A DNA stretch of 25,158 nt from Spirochaetaceae bacterium (GCA_031268255.1 JAIRXO010000026.1:1-25158); one strand, 5' to 3'. Shown: positions 1 to 10,381, counted from the stretch's first letter. Program-made: numbers and translations. The notes: generated from the letters alone by a model not told the origin.

Positions 1-67
1 CGACGAGATAGATTTCCGTACCGGCACGGCGTCGTTTATGCCAAAGGTGGTCCGTTCTGGCAAATGA
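1..67 (+). CDS. ftsQ: 3' end of probable cell division protein FtsQ/DivIB (partial)
   Basis: The frame starting at base 2 reads DEIDFRTGTASFMPKVVRSGK* (TGA 65-67). The IDFR motif resembles the FtsQ C-terminal IDLR, and the position directly upstream of ftsA fits. Confidence 0.6.
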   Translation, partial: DEIDFRTGTASFMPKVVRSGK

Positions 68-1307
68 GGGATTAGTTGTCGGCCTTGACATAGGCACGAC
101 CAAGGTATGCGCGGTTATAGGAGAACGAAGCGACTCAGGCCTGGAGCTTACCGGCGTAGGCGTCGCTCCGTCCACAGGATTACGCAAGGGCGTGGTGGTA
201 AACATCGAAGCCACCCTCCGTTCCGTGTCGGCGGCCATAGAGGCAGCCGAACTGATGAGCGGCAGGGAGGTTCACAGCGCCTGGACCGGTATCGGGGGCA
301 GTCACATAGACGGGCTTAATTCCCGGGGTGTTGTGGCTGTTACGGGGAGAAACCGGGAGACCAGGGAAATTACCCAGGCCGATGTGGACCGGGTGCTTGA
401 GGCCGCCCAGGCGGTGATGATACCCATGGACCGCCAGATGCTGGAAGTAATACCCCAGACCTTTATTGTTGACGACCAGCGGGGCATACGAATGCCCCTG
501 GACATGATAGGGGTGCGCCTTGAAGCCGAGGTGCATATCATCACCTGTTCGGTAACCGGCGCGCAGAATCTTATCAAGTGCGTCAACCGGGCCGGTTTCA
601 GGGTCAACGGCCTTGTGCTCCAGACCCTTGCCTCAGGCCGTTCGGTGCTTACCGAAGAAGAAAAGGAACTGGGCGTGGTCCTTCTCGATCTGGGCGGAGG
701 AACCACCGATATACTGGTGTATTCCCAGGGCGCCCCTTATTCCACGGCGACCATTCCCGTAGGCGGTTCACAGGTAACAAGCGATATATCAATATTGAAG
801 AATCTTTCTTTTGAGACATCGGAAAAGATAAAGATTGAAGCGGGCTGCTGCTGGGAGGCCCTCCTTGAGTCTGATGAGGAAATAATAGTCCCCGGAGTCG
901 GCGGGCGGGCGCCTGTGTCCATACCCCGCTCTCATATCGAAAAGATAATACGGCCCCGCATGGAAGAGATTTTTACCATGGTCAATGACAAACTTGACGA
1001 TCTCTCCCTGCCCAGGCCCCTTGGAGGCGGGGTGGTGCTGTCAGGCGGGGGCGCCCAGCTTCCCGGCGCGGCGGAACTCGCGGCCAGCGTCTTTGATCTT
1101 CCGGTAAGAATAGGCGTGCCCCTTTCGGTGGGCGGCCTTGTGGAAGAGTACCGGGGCCCCGGCTTTGCCACGGCGGTGGGCCTCATGCTTGAGGGATATG
1201 ACCGCGAGGAGAAGAAGAATCCCGAACGCGGCGCGGAGATAAAAACCAGGGACAAGGCGCCCTTTTTGGGACGTTTTACCGACTGGATACGGAAGGAATT
1301 TTTTTAG
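57..1307 (+). CDS. ftsA: Cell division protein FtsA (start extended upstream of ORF-track 192 to a probable CTG at 57)
   Basis: The frame upstream of 192 encodes ANEGLVVGLDIGTTKVCAVIGE (actin-like phosphate-1 motif). Also LDLGGGTTD, VLSGGGAQLPG and FATAVGL. SD-like AAGGTGG at 44-50. Confidence 0.95.
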   Translation: MANEGLVVGLDIGTTKVCAVIGERSDSGLELTGVGVAPSTGLRKGVVVNIEATLRSVSAAIEAAELMSGREVHSAWTGIGGSHIDGLNSRGVVAVTGRNRETREITQADVDRVLEAAQAVMIPMDRQMLEVIPQTFIVDDQRGIRMPLDMIGVRLEAEVHIITCSVTGAQNLIKCVNRAGFRVNGLVLQTLASGRSVLTEEEKELGVVLLDLGGGTTDILVYSQGAPYSTATIPVGGSQVTSDISILKNLSFETSEKIKIEAGCCWEALLESDEEIIVPGVGGRAPVSIPRSHIEKIIRPRMEEIFTMVNDKLDDLSLPRPLGGGVVLSGGGAQLPGAAELAASVFDLPVRIGVPLSVGGLVEEYRGPGFATAVGLMLEGYDREEKKNPERGAEIKTRDKAPFLGRFTDWIRKEFF

Positions 1308-1359
1308 TCCATAGAGGCGTGTCGAGCGCCAATTAAAATAGCTTGGAGCGGGGGGGAAC

Positions 1360-2577
1360 ATGAATATCGAGATACTCGAAGAAAAAGACGGTACAAAAGA
1401 GACTGTCATCAAGGTCATAGGCGTAGGAGGAGGCGGGTCCAACGCGGTAAACCGCATGATATCCTGCGGGGTACAAAAGGTTGAATTTCTGGTCGCCAAT
1501 ACGGACATTCAGGCGCTCAACAAATCCCGGGCCGCGACCGTGCTGGCCATAGGGGCCAAGGTAACAGGCGGGCTTGGCGCGGGCGCCGATCCTGAAAAGG
1601 GCGAAAAAGCCGCGCTGGAAGACCGTGAGACGATAGCCGGCGCCCTCAAGGGGGCGGATATGGTCTTTGTTACCGCCGGCATGGGCGGGGGAACCGGAAC
1701 CGGAGCCGCGCCGGTAATCGCCCAGGTAGCCAGAGAAACCGGGGCGCTGACTGTCGGCGTTGTTACCAAGCCTTTCAAATTTGAAGGGGCTACCCGCATG
1801 CGTATCGCCGAGGAAGGCATCGCCAAAATGAGGGAAGCGGTTGACACCCTTATTATCATACCCAACGAACTGCTTCTCGAAATCGTCGACGACAAAACCA
1901 CCGTAACCGACGCGTTTCTCATGGCCGACGACGTACTCAGGCAGGGCGTTCAGGGCATATCGGACCTCATCACCATACCTGGACTCATGAATGTTGATTT
2001 TGCCGATGTCAAGACCACCATGCACGGCCAGGGCGACGCCCTCATGGGCATAGGGGTCGGTTCGGGAAGCAACAGGGCGGAAGAAGCCGCCAACAACGCC
2101 GTAAAAAATCCCCTGCTTAAAGGGTGCACCATGGCCGGTTCAAAACATGTGCTTATAAACATAACCGGCGGGCCCGATCTTTCCCTCAAGGAAGTAAGCC
2201 GCATAGGAAACGCCGTTACCGCCAATGTTGATCCCGATGCCCTTATCATTACCGGAACCGCCCTGGATGAGACGTTTAACGACAAAATACAGGTAACGGT
2301 TATCGCCACGGGATTCAGGAGCGAAAACATAAGCGAGGTAAAACCTCAGGTCCAGGCCGTTGAGAAGCCTGCCGCTGATATTATGACCGGAAGCGAATGG
2401 GACAAGATACTCGGCCAGTCAGGCCATTCAGGCGGCGGCCTGTCCAAAAAGAACTATGAGGACCTTGATACCCCGGCGTATTTACGGGTTTCCCGGAGCG
2501 GGGTTTCCGAAGGGGATTTCAGAAAGAACGAAGGGGTTTCCGCTTCGGCGTATAATTACATTGCCAGGGAAATGTAA
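1360..2577 (+). CDS. ftsZ: Cell division GTPase FtsZ
   Basis: [15 protein letters not shown], tubulin signature [13 protein letters not shown]7 loop NVDFADV, C-terminal peptide DLDTPAYLR. Confidence 0.99.
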   Translation: MNIEILEEKDGTKETVIKVIGVGGGGSNAVNRMISCGVQKVEFLVANTDIQALNKSRAATVLAIGAKVTGGLGAGADPEKGEKAALEDRETIAGALKGADMVFVTAGMGGGTGTGAAPVIAQVARETGALTVGVVTKPFKFEGATRMRIAEEGIAKMREAVDTLIIIPNELLLEIVDDKTTVTDAFLMADDVLRQGVQGISDLITIPGLMNVDFADVKTTMHGQGDALMGIGVGSGSNRAEEAANNAVKNPLLKGCTMAGSKHVLINITGGPDLSLKEVSRIGNAVTANVDPDALIITGTALDETFNDKIQVTVIATGFRSENISEVKPQVQAVEKPAADIMTGSEWDKILGQSGHSGGGLSKKNYEDLDTPAYLRVSRSGVSEGDFRKNEGVSASAYNYIAREM

Positions 2578-2580
2578 AGC

Positions 2581-3495
2581 GTGGACACCCGCCTCCTGGA
2601 ACACTACCGTTCAAACCTCCTTGTCATGGAACGCCGTTCCCTGCTTACCGTTGAGACCTATGAGACGGAGATACGCATTTTTCTCGCGTGGCTTTCCGAA
2701 AGCGGCCTCGAAGCGGCCTCGGTAAAGCCGGAGGACCTGAGCCGGTATCTTGATTTCAGGCGGGAAAAAAACAGTATAGATTCCCGCTCGGCGGCCAAAG
2801 CAATTTCCGCCCTGAGGTCGTTCTTTAGGTATATAGCGGACGAAGGTATACGGGAAGATAACCCCGCCCTGATTCTGGAGCTTCCGAAAAAGAAACGGAA
2901 ACTCCCCGCGGTTCTTTCCCGGGAGGCTGTAGACAAGATGCTTGCTTCGATAGATGTTTCCGGGCCCCGGGGCATACGGGACAGGGCGCTTTTTGAATTT
3001 ATCTACTCGGCGGGGCTCCGTATTTCAGAAGCGGCGGGACTCAACCTTTCGGATGTTTTTTTTGGCGAGAGGATCGCCAAGATACGGGGCAAGGGCGGCA
3101 AGGAAAGGCTTGTTCCCTTTGGGGACGAGGCGGCGCACTGGCTCAGGCTCTACCTTGACGAGGCAAGGCCGCACCTTGCCGGGGCCGCCAATGGCCAGGC
3201 CCTGTTTATAGCGAAGGGCGGGAAGCGCCTGTCCCGCAAGGGAATATGGAAAAACTACGGGGAAGTAACAGACATTTTGGGCATAAGCTCCAAGCTCCAT
3301 ACCCTGCGGCACAGTTACGCCACCGAACTTCTGATCGGGGGGGCCGACCTCCGTTCTGTTCAGGAACTCCTGGGCCACGCGGATCTGGTTACCACCCAGA
3401 TTTATACCCATGTGGATATTTCCCGTTTACGGGAAAACCACCGGCGTTATCTGCCAAAACTGCGGGAATATACAAATGAAAAATCCACGGATTAG
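2581..3495 (+). CDS. xerD: Site-specific tyrosine recombinase, XerD-like
   Basis: Catalytic motifs GLRISE, GKGGKER, HTLRHSYAT and LGHADLVTTQIYTHV; GTG start. The C versus D assignment rests on synteny and the TTQIYTHV ending. Confidence 0.85.
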   Translation: MDTRLLEHYRSNLLVMERRSLLTVETYETEIRIFLAWLSESGLEAASVKPEDLSRYLDFRREKNSIDSRSAAKAISALRSFFRYIADEGIREDNPALILELPKKKRKLPAVLSREAVDKMLASIDVSGPRGIRDRALFEFIYSAGLRISEAAGLNLSDVFFGERIAKIRGKGGKERLVPFGDEAAHWLRLYLDEARPHLAGAANGQALFIAKGGKRLSRKGIWKNYGEVTDILGISSKLHTLRHSYATELLIGGADLRSVQELLGHADLVTTQIYTHVDISRLRENHRRYLPKLREYTNEKSTD

Positions 3496-4231
3496 GGAAT
3501 ATGTTCTGGGCTTTCTGGTAATCATACTCATAGGCGCGATTTTCGTGGGCTTCCAGTTGTACAAAAAACAGTCCGCGAGGAGCCGGCTTGCCTCAAGCAT
3601 AGCCGAACTCAGCCCCCGGGGAGGGCCGCCTGAGACCATCGAGGGTCTGCGCCGGGCCATAGCCCTCTATGAGGACATGATGGAAGAGCAGGTTAATACG
3701 GCGGTCAAAACAGGAATATACTGGAAAATACTTTCCGCCCGCCTCCAGGACAAGGAACTCTACGGCGAGGCTTTTAAGGCCACGGAAAAGGCCCTGTCCT
3801 ATACTCCCGAGGACCCGGCCCTGCACTATTCGACCGGGCTTTTGGCCGGCATACTGGCCAGGGATTACCATGACTACGCCGGCAATACCGGGGAACGGGA
3901 CCGTTACTACCGCCTTGCCGAGGAGGCCTACCTCAGGGCCATAGCCATTGACGAGCGTTATACCAAAGCCCGTTACGGTCTCGCGGTACTCTATGTATTT
4001 GAACTTGAACGCCCCGCCGAGGCCGTTCCCCATCTTGAGAGGTACCTTGAGATACAGACCAGGGATACCGACGCCATGTTTGTACTGGCCAGGGCTTTTT
4101 ATGTTACCGGCAATTATGACGCCGCCCTTGAACTTTACGACAGGATATTATCTATCACAAAGGAACCTACCCGCCGGAGAGAGGCGGAAAACAATAAACA
4201 GCAGGTATTAGCGGCCTCCTATGGGGGCTGA
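3476..4231 (+). CDS. Membrane-anchored tetratricopeptide-repeat protein
   Basis: Start MKNPRIREY at ATG 3476, then a hydrophobic helix VLGFLVIILIGAIFVGFQL and TPR-like repeats (ARYGLAVLY, AMFVLARAFYVTGNYDAALELYDRIL). It overlaps the xerD end by 20 nt. Confidence 0.85.
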   Translation: MKNPRIREYVLGFLVIILIGAIFVGFQLYKKQSARSRLASSIAELSPRGGPPETIEGLRRAIALYEDMMEEQVNTAVKTGIYWKILSARLQDKELYGEAFKATEKALSYTPEDPALHYSTGLLAGILARDYHDYAGNTGERDRYYRLAEEAYLRAIAIDERYTKARYGLAVLYVFELERPAEAVPHLERYLEIQTRDTDAMFVLARAFYVTGNYDAALELYDRILSITKEPTRRREAENNKQQVLAASYGG

Positions 4232-4241
4232 CAGGATTCGT

Positions 4242-5354
4242 ATGGATACACGGGGCCTTTTGGACTTTATTATCATCTCAATTCCCGGCCTTTCTCCCCG
4301 GGACCGCCTCTTTTTATGCGAAAAATTTGACCTTGAGGGGGAAATATCCATACTTTCAAGGGAGGATATAGAAAAAATTCTCCAGAAGCCCCTGAACCGT
4401 TACGCTTTCAGCATGGAAGGCGTGCTGCGACAGGCCGAAGCCGATTACCGGCGCACCCTGAGACAAGGCATAGGTTTTATATCCTGGAAGGACGCGGAAT
4501 ATCCTCCCCTGCTCAGGGAGATAAGCGACCCGCCGGTACTGCTTTTTTTCAGGGGCAGCCTTCCTCCCCAGGACCTGGCCCCTGCCGCCATTGTGGGAAC
4601 ACGAAAGCCCAGCGGCCAGGGTTCCCGCGCCGCCTATACATTTGCCCGCGACCTGGCCGGGGCGGGGATTCCCGTGGTCTCAGGTCTTGCCCTGGGCATA
4701 GACGCCATGGCCCACCGGGGCGCGGTTGACGGAGGTCCCGGAGGCATAGCCGTTCTTGGTTCCGGCATAGACATGGTCTATCCGTCCGCAAACCGCGTCC
4801 TGGCGGGAAAAATCCTCGAAAAGGGCGGCGCCCTGTTCAGCGAATATGTTCCGGGAACCATTCCGGCCAGGTGGCGCTTTCCCGCGAGAAACCGTATCAT
4901 AGCGGGGCTCTGCCGGGGAACGCTCATCATCGAGGCGGGAGACCGTTCGGGCGCCCTGATCACCGCCCAGTTTGCCCTTGACGAGGGACGGGACCTCTGG
5001 GTGGCCAGGGCCGGGATTGATTCGCCCCTGGGCGGGGGCACAAGGCGCCTGGCTTCCGACGGCGCGCCGGTGCTGGAAAACGCGGCGGAACTTCTTGCGG
5101 AATGGCAGGTTCCTTCCGCCGGCGGGGCGATTCCCCAGGGGGAACCCCGTTCAAGCGGAGAGGCCCTGGCCTTTTCACTTATGGAAAATATTTTGCGTAT
5201 TCAAAAGAGGAGCGTATATGGCGGTAAAGACAGCCAAGAAAGAGAAAGACAGGAAAACCCTGGTGATTGTAGAATCCCCGGCCAAGGCCAAGACCATCGA
5301 GAAATATCTGGGACCCAATTACAGTGTCAAGGCGTCCATGGGGCATCTCATTGA
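4242..5354 (+). CDS. dprA: DNA-processing protein DprA/Smf (C-terminus runs 137 nt into topA)
   Basis: YPPLLREISDPP, AIVGTR, VSGLALGIDAMAH, VLGSGID, FPARNRIIAG and EAGDRSGALITA. Start at ATG 4242 after CAGGA. Confidence 0.95.
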   Translation: MDTRGLLDFIIISIPGLSPRDRLFLCEKFDLEGEISILSREDIEKILQKPLNRYAFSMEGVLRQAEADYRRTLRQGIGFISWKDAEYPPLLREISDPPVLLFFRGSLPPQDLAPAAIVGTRKPSGQGSRAAYTFARDLAGAGIPVVSGLALGIDAMAHRGAVDGGPGGIAVLGSGIDMVYPSANRVLAGKILEKGGALFSEYVPGTIPARWRFPARNRIIAGLCRGTLIIEAGDRSGALITAQFALDEGRDLWVARAGIDSPLGGGTRRLASDGAPVLENAAELLAEWQVPSAGGAIPQGEPRSSGEALAFSLMENILRIQKRSVYGGKDSQERERQENPGDCRIPGQGQDHREISGTQLQCQGVHGASH

Positions 5355-7374
5355 TCTTCCCAAGTCCCGCACGGCTATTGATGTGGACAATAATTTTGAG
5401 CCTGAGTACATCACCGTAAGGGGCCGGGCCAAGCTCCTCAAGGAAATCCAGGGCGACGCCAAAAAAGCGGGAGAAGTGCTCCTGGCAAGTGATAATGACC
5501 GTGAAGGGGAGGCCATAGCCTGGCATCTCCGCAACGCCATAAGCGCCAAGACCGCCAAGGTTCCCATAAAGCGCATAGTCTTTAACGAGATAACCCCGTC
5601 GGCGATAAAGGAAGCGGTTTCCAATCCTACCGACATTGACGACGCCAAGGTAAACGCCCAGAAGGCCCGCCGTGTTCTTGACCGTCTGGTAGGCTATAAT
5701 CTTTCTCCCCTGCTCTGGAAAAAAGTAAAGAACGGCCTTTCCGCGGGGAGAGTCCAGTCCGTGGCCCTGCGCCTCATCTGCGAGCGCGAAAAAGAAGTTG
5801 AGTCCTTCATCCCCGAAGAATACTGGACACTGGAAGCGGATTTCAGGGTAGGTAAAAGTACCTTTACCGCCCAACTGGTAAGCTGGCTCGGCGCGAAGCC
5901 CGAACTCAAAAAAGAAGAGGACGTAAAGGCCATTATAAAGAAACTGACCGGATCGGACTGTACGGTCATTGACGTGCGGGAAACGGAAAAATCAGTCAAA
6001 CCAAAGCCTCCTTTTACCACAAGCCAGCTCCAGCAGGCGGCGGCAAACCGCCTGGGCTTTACCAGCAAGAAAACCATGCAGATAGCCCAGCAGCTTTACG
6101 AGGGCGTAAACATAGGCAGCGAGAGCGCCGGCGAAGTGTCGCGGGTGGGCCTCATTACCTATATGCGTACCGATTCGGTCCGCGTCTCACAGACAGCCCT
6201 TGACGAAGTGCGCGGATGGATAAAGGAAAAGTACCGCAAAGACCTTCCTCCTGAAGCCGTGGAATACGCGGTGGGCAAGAAGGCCCAGGACGCCCATGAG
6301 GCTATACGGCCTACCTATATACACTATACTCCCGATTCGGTAAAGGAATTCCTTTCCCGGGACCAGCAGCGGCTTTACGCCATCATCTGGGAACGCTTTG
6401 TCTCAAGCCAGATGAAGAACGCCAGAACCAAGACCCTGAGCGTGGACATAGGCGCCGGAGAGCAGAACGAGGCGGTGTTCCGCATTTCGGGAACAAAACT
6501 TGTGGACAAGGGTTTTTACCGGGTGATCAAACTTTTAGGCACCAAGGAAGAAAAAGGAGAGACCCTGCCCAAACTTGCCAAAGACGACAAGGTTGTTTCG
6601 GAAAAATTCTACCCTGAGCAGCATTTTACCCAGGGCCCGGCCAGGTACACCGACGCGTCCATAGTAAAGACCCTGGAAGAAAAGGGCATAGGGCGGCCTT
6701 CTACCTACGCGCCCATTATTTCGGTGCTTCTTGACCGCTACTATGTTACCCGGTCAAACAAGCAGCTTGTTCCCACTCTGCTGGGAAAGATGATATGCGA
6801 CATGCTTGTCGAGTATTTTCCCCATGTGATTGACTCAGGCTTTACCGCGGACATGGAGAACAGGCTCGATGAGGTCGAAGAAAACCGCGTATCCTGGCCC
6901 GAGATGATCAGGGATTTTTACAGCCCCTTCAAGGAAAGGGTTGACGAGGTAGGCAAGACCCTTGAGTCTTTCAAAGGTTCCCTTGACGAGGAAACCGAGT
7001 ATGTATGCGAAAAATGCGGCAAAAAAATGATCAAGAAGCTGGGCCGCTTTGGCTTCTTCCTTGCCTGCGCGGGTTTTCCTGAATGTAGAAACACCAAGTC
7101 CATACCGCTGGCAAAGTGTCCGAGGCCCGGCTGCGGCGGCGATATAGTGGCCAGAAAGACCAAGGGCAGGGGCAAGGAATTTTACGGCTGCACAAACTAT
7201 CCCGAATGTGATTTTATAAGCCACTTTAAGCCCATAGCCCAGAACTGCCCCAAATGCGGACAATTTATGGTGGAAAAATACGACAAGAAAAACGGCCCCC
7301 ACAAGGCCTGTATAAATCCTGAATGTGATTATCTCCATTCAAGCGAGGAAGAGGGAGATGGCGGCGATGCGTGA
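5218..7374 (+). CDS. topA: DNA topoisomerase I (type IA) with C-terminal Zn ribbons
   Basis: LVIVESPAKAKTI, ASDNDREGEAIAWH, SAGRVQS, active-site ITYMRTDS, GIGRPSTYA, and three C4-type repeats. ATG 5218 follows GAGGAG at 5207-5212. Confidence 0.98.
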   Translation: MAVKTAKKEKDRKTLVIVESPAKAKTIEKYLGPNYSVKASMGHLIDLPKSRTAIDVDNNFEPEYITVRGRAKLLKEIQGDAKKAGEVLLASDNDREGEAIAWHLRNAISAKTAKVPIKRIVFNEITPSAIKEAVSNPTDIDDAKVNAQKARRVLDRLVGYNLSPLLWKKVKNGLSAGRVQSVALRLICEREKEVESFIPEEYWTLEADFRVGKSTFTAQLVSWLGAKPELKKEEDVKAIIKKLTGSDCTVIDVRETEKSVKPKPPFTTSQLQQAAANRLGFTSKKTMQIAQQLYEGVNIGSESAGEVSRVGLITYMRTDSVRVSQTALDEVRGWIKEKYRKDLPPEAVEYAVGKKAQDAHEAIRPTYIHYTPDSVKEFLSRDQQRLYAIIWERFVSSQMKNARTKTLSVDIGAGEQNEAVFRISGTKLVDKGFYRVIKLLGTKEEKGETLPKLAKDDKVVSEKFYPEQHFTQGPARYTDASIVKTLEEKGIGRPSTYAPIISVLLDRYYVTRSNKQLVPTLLGKMICDMLVEYFPHVIDSGFTADMENRLDEVEENRVSWPEMIRDFYSPFKERVDEVGKTLESFKGSLDEETEYVCEKCGKKMIKKLGRFGFFLACAGFPECRNTKSIPLAKCPRPGCGGDIVARKTKGRGKEFYGCTNYPECDFISHFKPIAQNCPKCGQFMVEKYDKKNGPHKACINPECDYLHSSEEEGDGGDA

Positions 7375-8302
7375 GCGCCTTGGCGAATATCTTGATTATC
7401 TGCGTTCGGTGCGGGGCGTCTCTGGCCGTACCCTGACCGCCTACGGCAAGGACCTTGACCATTACGCGTCATACTGCCGTAATCTCGGCGTAAGTCCCGA
7501 CAGCGCAAAGGCAAGGGAAGTGCGGGCCTTTATCGCCGACCTTACCAGGGAAGGCGCCGCAGCGGTAAGCGTCAACAGGGCCCTTTCGTCAGTACGGGGT
7601 TTTTACCGCTGGCTCACCCGCTTTGGCCTGAGAGAGGACGATCCTTCGTCTTCAATACGGAATATAAAAACCCCCAAGACCTTACCTGCCTTTCTCTGGG
7701 AAGGGGAGATGGCCCGTTTTTCCGGCCTGCCCGATACGGCGGGCATACTCTGGCCCCTCAGGGACAAGGCGCTGATTCTCGCCATGTATTCGGCGGGGCT
7801 GCGCATCTCGGAACTCGCGTCCCTTACCCTGGAAAGCCTGCTTCCCGATTTGTCAGGCGGCAGGGTAACAGGAAAGGGCGGCAAGGAGCGTTATGTGTTC
7901 TTTTCCGACGAAGGAAGGGAAGCCCTTGCCGCGTACCTTCCGGCAAGAGAGGCGGGGATAAAGGCGGAAAAACCCACCGATGTACTTTTTATAAACCGCA
8001 AGGGAGGTTCCCTTTCCATACCGGGAATCAGGTGGATTATCAGAAGCTACGCGGAACGTTCGGGGCTGGACAAAAATGTTCATCCCCACGCCCTCAGGCA
8101 CAGTTTTGCCACCCACCTTGTCAATTCAGGCTGTGATGTCAGGGTGGTACAGGAACTACTCGGCCATGCGAGCCTTTCTACTACCCAGCGTTATACCCAT
8201 GTCAACATGGAACACCTCCGGGGAGTTTACGCCTCGGCCCATCCCCACGGGGGACGCCCCAGCCAGGCGGCATCACGCACAGGAGCGGATAATGAAAAAT
8301 GA
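7367..8302 (+). CDS. xerC: Site-specific tyrosine recombinase, XerC-like
   Basis: [27 protein letters not shown] and [15 protein letters not shown]. The start is ATG 7367 or 7358; position between topA and hslV is the usual xerC/codV slot. Confidence 0.88.
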   Translation: MRERLGEYLDYLRSVRGVSGRTLTAYGKDLDHYASYCRNLGVSPDSAKAREVRAFIADLTREGAAAVSVNRALSSVRGFYRWLTRFGLREDDPSSSIRNIKTPKTLPAFLWEGEMARFSGLPDTAGILWPLRDKALILAMYSAGLRISELASLTLESLLPDLSGGRVTGKGGKERYVFFSDEGREALAAYLPAREAGIKAEKPTDVLFINRKGGSLSIPGIRWIIRSYAERSGLDKNVHPHALRHSFATHLVNSGCDVRVVQELLGHASLSTTQRYTHVNMEHLRGVYASAHPHGGRPSQAASRTGADNEK

Positions 8303-8831
8303 ATTCAGGTCAACGACGGTAATCGCCGTCCGCAGGGACGGAAAGGTAGCCATGGCCGGCGACGGCCAGGTAACCATGGGCGAGACGGTGATGAAGAATA
8401 ACGCCCGCAAGGTCAGGCGTCTCCTTGACGGCAAGGTACTCTGCGGTTTTGCCGGCGCCACAGCCGACGCCTTTACCCTCTTTGACCGCTTTGAGGAAAA
8501 ACTCAAGGAATATTCGGGGGACCTTGCCCGTTCGGCTGTGGAGCTTGCCAAGGAATGGCGCACCGACCGTACCCTGCGCCGCCTTGAGGCCCTGCTTCTT
8601 GTGGCGGACAAGGAAAAGACATTCCTCGTGTCGGGAACCGGAGACGTGATAGAGCCGGCCCGGGACGCCCTTGCCATAGGTTCAGGCGGCAATTACGCCT
8701 ACGCCTCGGCCCTGGCCTACCTTGACGGCTCGGATCTTTCGGCCCAGGAGATAGCCAGGCGCAGTCTTGAGATAGCGGGAACCATCTGCATCTATACCAA
8801 CGGGAACATAACCCTGGAGGAAATAAACTAA
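8292..8831 (+). CDS. hslV: ATP-dependent protease subunit HslV (ClpQ)
   Basis: MKNEFRS|TTVIAVRR N-terminal Thr nucleophile, [16 protein letters not shown] and AIGSGG. ATG 8292 follows AGGAG. Confidence 0.97.
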   Translation: MKNEFRSTTVIAVRRDGKVAMAGDGQVTMGETVMKNNARKVRRLLDGKVLCGFAGATADAFTLFDRFEEKLKEYSGDLARSAVELAKEWRTDRTLRRLEALLLVADKEKTFLVSGTGDVIEPARDALAIGSGGNYAYASALAYLDGSDLSAQEIARRSLEIAGTICIYTNGNITLEEIN

Positions 8832-10381
8832 TGAGCGAAAAGGAACTTACCCCCCGGGAAATCGTCGCGGAACTGGACAAATATATCGTGGGGCAGAAAA
8901 AGGCCAAACGGGCGGTGGCGGTGGCCCTGCGTAACCGCGTGCGCCGGCTCAGGCTCCAGAGCGATGTACGGGAAGACATAGCCCCAAAAAACATACTCAT
9001 GATAGGACCTACGGGCGTGGGAAAAACCGAAATAGCCCGGCGTCTTGCCCGTCTTGCCGGTTCCCCCTTTATAAAGGTCGAGGCCACAAAGTACACCGAA
9101 GTCGGCTATGTGGGCCGGGACGTGGAGTCCATGATACGGGACCTCATGGCCGCGGGCATACAGATAGTCAAGCAGGAGATGCAGGAATCGGTCAAGGCCG
9201 AGGCCGAAAAACGTGCCGAGGAGGACCTGCTTGACCTTATTCTTCCCGGTACGGGAAAAAAGAAGGAAAGAGCCGCCCCCCAGCCTACCATCAAACCTAT
9301 GGGGGCTTTCTCCATCAATCCGGGCAATACAGGCCCAGGTCCGGCCTTTATGGGCACAGCCATACAGGTGGGTATTCCCCTGGGAAGAATGGGAACAGAA
9401 GAAAACGGAGCGGACGGCGCCCTGCTTGACAGCGTTCCGCTTGACGGCGGCGAGGAGATCCCCGACACTCGGCATGATGCCGGACAGAAGGAGAGGCGGG
9501 AGGACCCGACCAGGGAAAAATTCCGCGCCATGCTCAGGGAAAAGAAACTGGAGGACAGGCTTGTCGAAATCACGGTAAACCAGACACCCCAGCTTCCCAT
9601 GATGGAGATGATGGGGGGCAATATGGAGGACCTGGAGTCAAGTCTTTCGGGTATAGCCGGTTTTTTTGGCGGCGGTAAAAAGAAAAAGCTGGTTACTGTT
9701 GCCAGGGCCAGGGAGATACTCCGCAACGAGGAAGCGGAAAAACTCATAGACCGGGAACGGGTTTCCGACGAGGCCCGCCAGAGGGTTGAGGAGACAGGCA
9801 TAGTTTTTATAGACGAGATAGACAAGATAGCAGTCCGGGGCGACCGGGGCGGAGGCCACGATGTGTCCCGCGAGGGAGTGCAGCGGGACATACTGCCCAT
9901 AGTCGAAGGCGCCGTGGTCAATACCAAATGGGGGCCGGTCAATACGGACCACATACTCTTTATAGCCGCCGGAGCCTTCAATATCAGCAAGCCTTCTGAC
10001 CTCATCCCCGAACTCCAGGGACGCTTTCCCCTGAGGGTAGAACTTGATTCGCTGGGCAAGGATGAATTTTTACGCATACTCACCGAACCCAAGAACGCCC
10101 TGACCAAGCAGTACACGGACCTCCTCGGAACCGAAGGGGTGGAGATAGAGTTTACCCGCGAGGCTGTCGAACGCCTTGCCGCCCTGGCCGCCGATGTCAA
10201 TTCGCGGCTTGAGAACATAGGGGCGAGGCGGCTTCATACCATCATGGAGACCCTGCTTGAGGAACTTTCCTTTGAAGCCCCCGACATTGCCCCTGCCCGT
10301 GTACCCATTACCGAGGACTATGTAAACGGGAAGCTCAAGGATGTTGTTACCGACCAGGATTTGGGACGGTACATTCTATAG
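8831..10381 (+). CDS. hslU: ATP-dependent protease ATPase subunit HslU (ClpY)
   Basis: Walker A GPTGVGKT, pore loop [24 protein letters not shown] and C-terminal RYIL. TAATG overlap with hslV. Confidence 0.98.
   Translation: MSEKELTPREIVAELDKYIVGQKKAKRAVAVALRNRVRRLRLQSDVREDIAPKNILMIGPTGVGKTEIARRLARLAGSPFIKVEATKYTEVGYVGRDVESMIRDLMAAGIQIVKQEMQESVKAEAEKRAEEDLLDLILPGTGKKKERAAPQPTIKPMGAFSINPGNTGPGPAFMGTAIQVGIPLGRMGTEENGADGALLDSVPLDGGEEIPDTRHDAGQKERREDPTREKFRAMLREKKLEDRLVEITVNQTPQLPMMEMMGGNMEDLESSLSGIAGFFGGGKKKKLVTVARAREILRNEEAEKLIDRERVSDEARQRVEETGIVFIDEIDKIAVRGDRGGGHDVSREGVQRDILPIVEGAVVNTKWGPVNTDHILFIAAGAFNISKPSDLIPELQGRFPLRVELDSLGKDEFLRILTEPKNALTKQYTDLLGTEGVEIEFTREAVERLAALAADVNSRLENIGARRLHTIMETLLEELSFEAPDIAPARVPITEDYVNGKLKDVVTDQDLGRYIL

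Noticed and set aside
192-1307. ORF-track starts for ftsA (192), the TPR gene (3410), topA (4972), xerC (7325), hslV (8076), PHP (17731) and the kinase (21821)
   Set aside because: These are either truncating or run deep into the upstream gene. Conserved N-termini and SD positions support the starts given in the features.
2486-2556. Three GGGTTTCC repeats and a TATAAT in the ftsZ 3' tail
   Set aside because: Short, irregularly spaced repeats in a variable C-terminal tail. TATAAT (2551-2556) has no -35 or extended -10, so an internal xerD promoter is unsupported.
2581-8302. Two tyrosine recombinases as a sign of an integrated element or prophage
   Set aside because: Both are XerC/D-type and sit in the standard spirochaete ftsZ-xer-dprA-topA-xer-hslVU-flgB order, with no att sites or cargo.
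9106-10218. 370-aa antisense ORF under hslU
   Set aside because: Shadow frame of a GC-rich coding gene; Ser/Arg-rich with no motifs. The same applies to the many other short overlapping ORFs.
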